From: an uncultured Janthinobacterium sp.
GTDB lineage: Bacteria > Vulcanimicrobiota > Vulcanimicrobiia > Vulcanimicrobiales > Vulcanimicrobiaceae
Assembly: GCA_964658025.1 (NCBI GenBank)
Contig: CAZZXB010000030.1
Span: 13,559 to 24,933, forward strand
Direction of reading: 5' to 3'
Length of the DNA: 11,375 bases
This document shows positions 1-6,714 of the stretch, one piece after another. Position 1 is the first letter of the stretch. The number at the start of each line of letters is the position of its first letter. The notes under the pieces are model-generated. The model was not told where the DNA came from. It worked only from the letters and a program-made list of their open reading frames with translations, and searched no databases. Made by a program: the position numbers and the translations under genes.

Positions 1-42
1 TCGTACCAGGACCCTCGCGCTCTCCGCGCGGACGTAGCGCGC

Positions 43-828
43 ATGAAGCTTCGGGGCAAGGTCGTGTGGATCACCGGTGCGTCGTCGGGGATCGGCGAGC
101 AACTCGCGTACGCCTACGCGCGCAAGGGCGCGCGCGTCGTGCTCGGCGCGCGCCGCCGCGACGAACTCGAACGCGTGGCGCGGGCGCTGCCGCGCGGTGC
201 TGCGTCGCTCGTCCTTCCGGCCGACGTCACCGACTACGCGGCGATCCCCGCGCAGATCGCGGCGATCGAAGCGACCTTCGGCGGCGTCGACGTGCTCGTC
301 AATAACGCCGGCGTCTCGCAACGATCGCTCGTGGCGGACACGTCGCTCGAGACGTATCGGCGTCTGATGGAGGTCGACTATTTCGCGACCCTCGCGCTCA
401 CGAAGGCCGTGCTCCCGAGCATGCGCGCGCGCAAGTCGGGCGCGATCGTCGTCACGTCGAGCGTCGCCGGAAAGATCGGCACGCCGCTGCGCTCGGGATA
501 CAGCGGCGCGAAGTTCGCGCTGCACGGCTTCTACGACAGCTTGCGCGCGGAGGTCGCGCCCGATCGCGTGAGCGTGACGCTCGCCGTGCTCGGCTTCATC
601 CGCACCGACGTCTCGAAGAACGCGCTCACGGGCGACGGCTCGCCGAACGGCAAGATGGAACGCGATACCGATCGCGGCGTCGCGCCGGACGTCGCCGCGC
701 GCGCGATCGTCCGCGGCACCGAACGCGGCGCGCGCGAAGTGACGGTCGCGCGCGGCTTTCCCGCGCTCGCGCTGCGGCTCGCGCGCTTCGCGCCGGGCGT
801 GCTCGCGCGTGCCGTGGCGTTGAAGTAA
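43..828 (+). CDS. Classical short-chain dehydrogenase/reductase (SDR, DHRS7-like), probably NADP(H)-dependent
   Basis: 261 aa. TGASSGIG cofactor motif, NNAG motif, catalytic Ser (SSVAG) and YSGAK (YxxxK). Basic residues (ARR) after beta-2 suggest NADP preference. Confidence 0.95.
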   Translation: MKLRGKVVWITGASSGIGEQLAYAYARKGARVVLGARRRDELERVARALPRGAASLVLPADVTDYAAIPAQIAAIEATFGGVDVLVNNAGVSQRSLVADTSLETYRRLMEVDYFATLALTKAVLPSMRARKSGAIVVTSSVAGKIGTPLRSGYSGAKFALHGFYDSLRAEVAPDRVSVTLAVLGFIRTDVSKNALTGDGSPNGKMERDTDRGVAPDVAARAIVRGTERGAREVTVARGFPALALRLARFAPGVLARAVALK

Positions 829-829
829 C

Positions 830-1468
830 GTGTCGGCCGGCCCCTCCGCGCGACGGAGCGCACCCGAGCCCAAGTTCTCGACCGAAACGGCGCGCCTCGA
901 AGCCTTCAGCGACGGGGTGATCGCCGTGATCATCACGATCATGGTGCTCGATTTGAAGGCGCCGCACGGGACCGATCTCGCGGCGCTCGGCTCGCTCGGC
1001 CCGACGTTCGCCGCCTACGTCCTGAGTTTCGTTTTCGTCGGCATCTATTGGAACAACCACCACCATCTCTTACGCGCCTCGCGCGGGATCGACGGGCGAG
1101 CGATGTGGCTGAACCTCCATCTGCTCTTCTGGCTCTCGGTCGTTCCGTTCACGACGAGTTGGCTCGGCGAGCATCCGGACGCGTCGATTCCTACGGCACT
1201 GTACGGTTTCACGTTGCTCGCCGACGCGATCGCGTACGTCGCGCTCGAGCGGGCGCTCGTCGCGGTGAACGGAAGCGCTTCCGCGTTCGCGCGCGCCGCG
1301 TCGTCGAGCACGAAAGGGAAGATCTCGCTCGTCTGCTATCTCCTCGCGATCGCGGGCGCGTTCGTCTCCACGAAGATCTCCGACGCGCTCTTCGTCGCCG
1401 TCGCGGTCATGTGGTTCGTGCCGGATCGTCGCTTCGAACCCGTGATCGCAGAACGCGAGCGCGCTTAG
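830..1468 (+). CDS. TMEM175-family (DUF1211) potassium channel, prokaryotic 6-TM type
   Basis: Signature RLEAFSDGVIAVIITIMVL (RxxxFSD), YVLSF..GIYWNNHHH and WLNLHLLFWLSVVPFTT, with about 6 hydrophobic segments. GTG start lies 1 nt after the SDR stop. Confidence 0.93.
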   Translation: MSAGPSARRSAPEPKFSTETARLEAFSDGVIAVIITIMVLDLKAPHGTDLAALGSLGPTFAAYVLSFVFVGIYWNNHHHLLRASRGIDGRAMWLNLHLLFWLSVVPFTTSWLGEHPDASIPTALYGFTLLADAIAYVALERALVAVNGSASAFARAASSSTKGKISLVCYLLAIAGAFVSTKISDALFVAVAVMWFVPDRRFEPVIAERERA

Positions 1469-2169
1469 CGGCGCTCGGCCGCGACGACCTCGAGCTTGGG
1501 GGCGGTCGCCACGATCTTTCCGTCGAGCAGCTCGATCGTGCGGCTCGCGAGCCGATTGAAGCGTCGATCGTGCGTCACCATCACGACGGTCGAGCCGCTC
1601 CGATGGAGTTCGGAGAGGAGCTCCATGACGTTCCGTCCGTTCTCCGTATCGAGGTTCCCCGTCGGTTCGTCCGCGAGCAAGACGGCCGGCTCGCCCGCGA
1701 TCGCGCGCGCGACGGCGACGCGTTGTTGTTGGCCGCCGGAGAGCTGCGCGGGATAGTGACGCGCGCGATGTGCCATCCCGATCCGTTCGAGCGCGTCCGC
1801 CGTCCGTCGTCGGCGCTCGCCCGCGGAGAGGCCGCGATACGTGAGCGGGAGTTCGACGTTCTCCGCGACCGTGAGATCGCCGATGAGGTTGAAGTTCTGG
1901 AAGATGAAGCCGATCTCGCGATTGCGGATCCGCGAGCGTTCCGCCGGCGGAAGGTTCGCGACCTCGCGTGCGCCGAGCGCGTACGACCCCGTCGTCGGCG
2001 TGTCGAGTAAGCCGAGGATCGAGAGCAAGGTCGACTTCCCGCACCCCGACGGACCCTCGATCGCGACGTACTCGCCGCGTTCGATCGAGAGCGAGACGCC
2101 GCGGAGCGCGTGCGTCTCCACGTCGACGGTGCGGTAGACTTTGTCGATGGCGCGGATATCGATCAACAT
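1465..2169 (-). CDS. ABC transporter ATP-binding protein, MacB/LolD-like
   Basis: 234 aa. Walker A GPSGCGKST, Q-loop GFIFQNFNL, signature LSGGQQQRV, Walker B/D-loop LLADEPTGNLD, H-loop VTHD. Confidence 0.97.
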   Translation of the reverse strand: MLIDIRAIDKVYRTVDVETHALRGVSLSIERGEYVAIEGPSGCGKSTLLSILGLLDTPTTGSYALGAREVANLPPAERSRIRNREIGFIFQNFNLIGDLTVAENVELPLTYRGLSAGERRRRTADALERIGMAHRARHYPAQLSGGQQQRVAVARAIAGEPAVLLADEPTGNLDTENGRNVMELLSELHRSGSTVVMVTHDRRFNRLASRTIELLDGKIVATAPKLEVVAAERR

Positions 2170-2178
2170 CGGGTGCCG

Positions 2179-3447
2179 TTACTCCTGAATCCGGATCGCG
2201 GGTGCGGTGAGAGATGAGGTGTCGGAGACGATGACGCGGTCGCCCTCGGCGAGACCCGAGAGCACGCGGACGCGCTCGTCCGTTCCGCTTCCGACGGCGA
2301 CGCTCGTCCGATACGCGCGCGTCCCGCTCGCGTCGAGCCGATAGAGCGCGACGTGCGAGTCGTCGCTCGCGCCGACCGGTCGCGCGACCGATAACGCGCG
2401 TGCGACGCGGCCGAGCACGACGGTTCCGGTGAGGCTCTGCGAGGGACGCCACGATGCGGGGACGCGGGCGAGGGCGACGTCGACCGCGACCGTTCCGCCC
2501 TCAGCGGCGGGCGCGAAGCGCACGACCGAACCCGCGACCGATCCCGCGTCGCTCGAAACGAGACGGACCGGCATACCGACGAGCACGCCGCGGACGTCGC
2601 TCTCGGGGATCGCGAGCACCGCTTTGAGATCGCGGTCGGCCGCGACGCGCGCGAACTCAGCGCCCGCGGCGACGCGCTGCCCCTGATCGACGGCGACGCT
2701 CTGCACGGTCCCCGACGTCGGTGCGGTGACGACGAGCGTCGCGAGTTGGGCGCGCTTCGCGTCGAGCGCGGCGCGCAATTGCACGACGCGCGCGCGCGCG
2801 CCCGCGATCTTCGCGTCCGCGTCCGCGTCGCCGACCGCGATCTTGCTCTCCGAGATCGCGGAGAGATCGCGCGTCTCGCCGCTCTTGATGACGGCGTCGC
2901 GATATTCGAGCGTTCCGATCAACCCTTTTTCGTAGAGCGAACGATACGAGATCACTTGCGCCTGGGCTTGACCGTCCTCGGCACGCGCGGTCCGACGGGC
3001 GGCGCGCGCGTCGAGCGCCGCGGCGGCGCCCTCTTCGCGGACGCTGTTGAGGTCGGCCGACGCGGCATCGAGTTGGGCCGCGGCATCGGCGACGGCGACG
3101 CGGAGATCGGGATTGTCGAGTCGGGCGATCGTGCTCCCGGCGCCGACGTGGGCGCCCGCGCGAACGAGGACGTCCGTGACGATGCCGTCGGCCGCGGTCG
3201 AGGCGATCGAGATGCGATCGGGCTGGAGCGTGCCGGCGGCCGTGACGGAGCGCTCGAGCGCGCCGCGCGTCACCGTGTCGATTACGAGCGAGTCGCGCGA
3301 GACCGCCGGTCCCGCATCGTGGTGCGTAAAGAGCGCGGGGACGGCCCAAGCGGCGGTGCCGACGATCGCGACGACGATCGCGATCGAGCGTGCGATGCGC
3401 GTGGTGCGCGCGATCTGCGGGCGGCGACGTTCGCGAACGACGTCCAC
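2179..3447 (-). CDS. Efflux periplasmic adaptor (membrane fusion protein, HlyD/MacA-like)
   Basis: 422 aa. Basic N-terminus followed by one TM anchor, lipoyl-like halves (GIVTDVLVRAGAHV; APTSGTV..V..GQRV) flanking a long Ala-rich coiled hairpin, and a C-terminal VLSGLAEGDRVIV motif. Confidence 0.92.
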   Translation of the reverse strand: MDVVRERRRPQIARTTRIARSIAIVVAIVGTAAWAVPALFTHHDAGPAVSRDSLVIDTVTRGALERSVTAAGTLQPDRISIASTAADGIVTDVLVRAGAHVGAGSTIARLDNPDLRVAVADAAAQLDAASADLNSVREEGAAAALDARAARRTARAEDGQAQAQVISYRSLYEKGLIGTLEYRDAVIKSGETRDLSAISESKIAVGDADADAKIAGARARVVQLRAALDAKRAQLATLVVTAPTSGTVQSVAVDQGQRVAAGAEFARVAADRDLKAVLAIPESDVRGVLVGMPVRLVSSDAGSVAGSVVRFAPAAEGGTVAVDVALARVPASWRPSQSLTGTVVLGRVARALSVARPVGASDDSHVALYRLDASGTRAYRTSVAVGSGTDERVRVLSGLAEGDRVIVSDTSSLTAPAIRIQE

Positions 3448-3448
3448 G

Positions 3449-6076
3449 TTATTCGTACCTCAAAGCGACGATCGGATCGACGCGCGTCGCCCGTCGCGCG
3501 GGAACGAGCGCCGCGAAGAGGGCGAAGGCGATCATGATCGCGGCGACGCCGCCGAACACGGCGGGATCGAGCGGCTGCGTTTCGTACAGCTCGTCGACGA
3601 GCAGACGCGTCCCGATCCCGGCGAGAACGAGTCCGAGTCCCACGCCGACGAGCGCGATCCGCGCGGCGCCCGAGAGGACGGTGACGAGGATCTGACGTGC
3701 GTCCGCGCCGAGCGCCATCCGAATGCCGAACTCGTGCGTGCGTTGGGTGACGCCGTAACTCATTACGGCGAACACCCCTGCGAGCGAGAGCGCGAGCGCG
3801 ATGAAGGCGAGCGTCCCGAGCGAAGCGACGGTGAGGCGTTGCGCCGCGACGTCCCCGGCGAGTAACGACGAGAGCGGCGCGGAGTCGGGCTTCGCGATCA
3901 GTGGATCGACGCTCGCGATCGCCGCGCGGACGGCGGTCGTCACGTCGGTCACGGAACGGATCGCGAGGTACGACCCGACGATGGCGAATTGCGCGGAGGG
4001 GACGTAGATCGTCGGCGGCGCCTCTCCGACGAACTGCGGTCGCAGGTCGCGGACGACGCCGACGATCGTGCGTTTCGTGGGTCGCGCGTCGCCGAGCGCG
4101 ATGTCTGCCGTGACGTGCTTTCCCAAGGCCGATCCGTGCGGGAAGAACCGCCGGACGAAGGTTTCGTTGACGATCGCGACCGGCAACGTCGCGGCGGTAT
4201 CGGACTCGGCGAACGCGCGGCCCGCGAGCATCGTCGCACGCATCGCTTCGAAAAATCCCGTGCCGGTCGGCGCGAGGGTCGAGTCGGGCTCGTGGCTCCG
4301 ATCGACGGTCGTCCCGTCGACGATCGTGCCCACGCCCATTCTGGAATGCGTGAACGGAACGGATAAGCCCCAGCCCGCGCTCTCCACGCCGGGGACGGCG
4401 CGGACCGCGCGAACGATGCGCCCCATCATCGCGGCCTTCGCCGATTGGTTTGGTACCTGCGCTTCCGAGATATCGACGGGACCGACGATCGCCACGCGAT
4501 CTCCGTCGAAGCCGAGCGGTTGGGTCGTGAGCGCGTAGTAACTCCGGACCACGAGCCCGGCCGCGACGACGAGCGCGAGCGTGATCGCGATCTCTCCCGC
4601 TACGAGCGCGCCGCGCGCGCGACCGCCGCGCGACGTATCGCCGCCCCGCCCCGCGCTCTTGAGCGCGGTCGCGACGTCGCTCGTCGACGTCGTGAGACCG
4701 GGAACGATCCCCGCGGCGAACGTGCAGAACGCGACGGCGCCGAGCGTGAAGAGGATCGACGGCAGATCGACCGTCACGAGGTCGGCACGCGGGATGCTCT
4801 CGAGTTTGATCCGTTCGAATGCCGCGATCGCCGCGTACGCGAGTCCGATGCCGACGATGCCGCCGGCCGCCGAGAGCGCGAACGCTTCGACGAGGAGTTG
4901 GCCGACGATCCGTCCGCGCGACGCGCCGACGGCGATCCGGATCGAGAATTCGCCGCGCCGCGCGGCCGCGCGACTGAGGAGTAAGTTCGCGACGTTCGCG
5001 CAGGCGACGAGCAACACGGCGCCGACCGCCGCGAAGATCGCGAAGATGACGGGCTTGACGCGGCCGACGATCGACTCGTCGAGCGAGCCCACCGTCATGG
5101 AGAGCAGGGCGTCGTCGTTCGGGTAGCGCGCGCGAAGAAGGCCGGCCGTCGCGCCCGCGGTCGCGTTCGCCGCTTGCAACGAAACGCCGTCGGGCAAGCG
5201 CGACACGGAGCGAAACGAGTGGAATCCGCGATCGGCGAACGCCGTTCCGGCGCCGTCTTCGGCGACGAACTGCCAGAGATCGATCGGATCGATCCCCCCT
5301 TGCGGCACGGGCTGTCGGAACGAAGCCGGCGCGACGCCGATCACCCGGCGGGGCACGCCGTCGACCGTGACCATCCTGCCGACGACGTTCGGATCGCCGC
5401 GGAAGCGCGAGCGCCAGAGGCCGTCCGAGATCACGATCGTTTTCGCGGCACCGCGCCGCACGTCGTCTTCGGTCGCGAAGCGACCGAGTTCGGGTTCGAC
5501 GCCGAGCACCTCGAACAACTTCGGCGTGGTGACGAGCGCGCGCGCGCGCATCGGCTCGCCGTCTCCCGTGATCGTCGCGCCCGCCTGCACGAATGCGGCC
5601 GATGCCGCGAACGTCGACGGATTGCGGCGGACGAGATCCGCAAAATCGGGAAGCGAAAAAACGCTGCTCTCTCCTTCGGCCGTGCTCGAATAATCCGCGA
5701 CGAGCCGATCCGCATGCGGATACGGAAGCGGCGCGAGCACGACGGTGTTGAGGATGCTGAACACCGCGGCGTTCGCGCCGATCGCGAGCCCGAGCGTCGC
5801 GACGACGACGGCCGTGAACGAAGGCGTCTTACGCAGCGATCGGAGCGAGAACACGAGATCGCGAACGAACATGGCGGCGTACTCCCGAAAGGCGGTCGCG
5901 AAGAGATCGATCGTCGCTTCGCAGGCGTAGACGGCGGCGGCGCTCGGTCCGCGAACGGCGCGTTCCTCCGCGAAGGCGATCGCGAAATCGCTCGCGATCG
6001 CGCCGCCGTATTCGCGGCGAAAGCCGGGCGGACACAGCGCGAGCGCGAGGCGGAACAGCGCCGCGATGACGGGCAC
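3449..6076 (-). CDS. Duplicated MacB/FtsX-type ABC permease (ADOP-like) with N-terminal prefix segment
   Basis: 875 aa. RDLVFSLRSLRKTPSFT..LGLAIGANAAVFS, LLVACANVANLLLSRAAARRGEFSIRIAVGASRGRIV, a second repeat SYGVTQRTHEFGIRMALGA, and C-terminal PARRATRVDPIVALRYE. Confidence 0.95.
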   Translation of the reverse strand: MPVIAALFRLALALCPPGFRREYGGAIASDFAIAFAEERAVRGPSAAAVYACEATIDLFATAFREYAAMFVRDLVFSLRSLRKTPSFTAVVVATLGLAIGANAAVFSILNTVVLAPLPYPHADRLVADYSSTAEGESSVFSLPDFADLVRRNPSTFAASAAFVQAGATITGDGEPMRARALVTTPKLFEVLGVEPELGRFATEDDVRRGAAKTIVISDGLWRSRFRGDPNVVGRMVTVDGVPRRVIGVAPASFRQPVPQGGIDPIDLWQFVAEDGAGTAFADRGFHSFRSVSRLPDGVSLQAANATAGATAGLLRARYPNDDALLSMTVGSLDESIVGRVKPVIFAIFAAVGAVLLVACANVANLLLSRAAARRGEFSIRIAVGASRGRIVGQLLVEAFALSAAGGIVGIGLAYAAIAAFERIKLESIPRADLVTVDLPSILFTLGAVAFCTFAAGIVPGLTTSTSDVATALKSAGRGGDTSRGGRARGALVAGEIAITLALVVAAGLVVRSYYALTTQPLGFDGDRVAIVGPVDISEAQVPNQSAKAAMMGRIVRAVRAVPGVESAGWGLSVPFTHSRMGVGTIVDGTTVDRSHEPDSTLAPTGTGFFEAMRATMLAGRAFAESDTAATLPVAIVNETFVRRFFPHGSALGKHVTADIALGDARPTKRTIVGVVRDLRPQFVGEAPPTIYVPSAQFAIVGSYLAIRSVTDVTTAVRAAIASVDPLIAKPDSAPLSSLLAGDVAAQRLTVASLGTLAFIALALSLAGVFAVMSYGVTQRTHEFGIRMALGADARQILVTVLSGAARIALVGVGLGLVLAGIGTRLLVDELYETQPLDPAVFGGVAAIMIAFALFAALVPARRATRVDPIVALRYE

Positions 6077-6082
6077 GATGCG

Positions 6083-6439
6083 TTAGCCGACGGCGAGCGC
6101 GGGGAGCAGACGACGCTCGCGCGCCATCGCGACGAGATCGTCGAGTCGTCGCGCTTCCGCGCATGCGATGTCGCGCCCGCGCGCGCTCAGTTTATAGTAA
6201 CGACGGCGCTCGTCGTCGGCCGCATCGTCGCCCGCGCTTTCGGTGATCCACCCGTCGACCAAGAGCTGCTTGATCAGCCGATAGAGCGTTCCGGGACCGA
6301 GCTTCACGGCGCCGTCGGTCTGCGCTTCGACTTCTTTGATGATGGCGTAGCCGTGACGATCGCCGCCCGCGAGTGCGAGCAAGATATAGAACGTCGAGGC
6401 CCCGAGCGGCAGGGACGCGCGGACGTCGGCCGAGCTCAT
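6083..6439 (-). CDS. PadR-family transcriptional regulator (118 aa; start reassigned to ATG 6439)
   Basis: FYILLAL..GDRHGYAIIKEV, GPGTLYRLIKQL..DGWI and RRRYYKLSARGR are PadR winged-helix motifs. The longer TTG start at 6622 coincides with the predicted -35 box. Confidence 0.92.
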   Translation of the reverse strand: MSSADVRASLPLGASTFYILLALAGGDRHGYAIIKEVEAQTDGAVKLGPGTLYRLIKQLLVDGWITESAGDDAADDERRRYYKLSARGRDIACAEARRLDDLVAMARERRLLPALAVG

Positions 6440-6561
6440 CCGAGCTTCGGGCCCCAGCCGACGTGCATGCCGCTCGTGCGGCGCAACGGTGGCGTGATGG
6501 TCCGGGGCCGGGGCGCCTCGGCCCCGAGATCGTAGTCGTTCCGTTTGGGATCGAATTTCAT
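6436..6561 (-). CDS. Unannotated 41-aa small ORF / putative leader peptide MKFDPKRNDYDLGAEAPRPRTITPPLRRTSGMHVGWGPKLG
   Basis: ATG at 6561-6559 with GGAG SD (6572-6569) 7 nt upstream. It lies just downstream of the predicted promoter. Its TGA (6438-6436) overlaps the padR ATG as ATGA. Confidence 0.7.
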   Translation of the reverse strand: MKFDPKRNDYDLGAEAPRPRTITPPLRRTSGMHVGWGPKLG

Positions 6562-6593
6562 GTGTTTGCTCCAGTCGGGTTATAACTGAAACG

Positions 6594-6622
6594 AGTATAT
6601 CCAAGATGGATGCAAAAGTCAA
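6594..6622 (-). promoter_or_regulatory. Sigma70-type promoter of the sORF-padR-permease-adaptor-ATPase operon
   Basis: Minus strand reads TTGACT (6622-6617), a 17-nt spacer, then TATACT (6599-6594). Both hexamers match consensus 5/6. It lies in the most conspicuously AT-rich patch of the window. Predicted TSS about 6587. Confidence 0.85.
6599..6611. promoter_or_regulatory. Candidate PadR operator (inverted repeat in promoter spacer)
   Basis: ATCCA-AGA-TGGAT perfect inverted repeat, extending imperfectly to TATATCC-N5-GGATGCA (6596-6614). It overlaps the -10 box and spacer. Confidence 0.55.
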
Positions 6623-6714
6623 GCCTCCCAGACGCCGTCCGTCGACGTTGGGTTATGTGGGCGCGCCGACCGTCCGGGTTCGCCGCCATCCCGCCGCCTC
6701 GCGTCGGCGCGGCG

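Noticed and set aside
1048..6535. Long alternative-frame and antisense ORFs (e.g. 1048..2010, 1070..2452, 2746..3537, 5174..6535)
   Set aside because: Arg/Ala-rich shadow ORFs expected in high-GC DNA, fully overlapping well-supported genes.
6436..6561. RiPP precursor interpretation of the sORF
   Set aside because: No modifying enzyme or peptidase in the window, no Cys, and no double-glycine or other recognisable leader motif.
6440..6622. 61-aa N-terminal extension of PadR (179-aa ORF from TTG 6622)
   Set aside because: The TTG is the predicted -35 hexamer, upstream of the predicted TSS. The extension has no PadR similarity, and the region is better explained by the promoter plus sORF.
6662..6711. 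9-bp inverted repeat CGCGCCGAC / GTCGGCGCG downstream of DUF2252
   Set aside because: 32-nt loop and no U-tract. Plausible by chance at this GC content, so not called a terminator.
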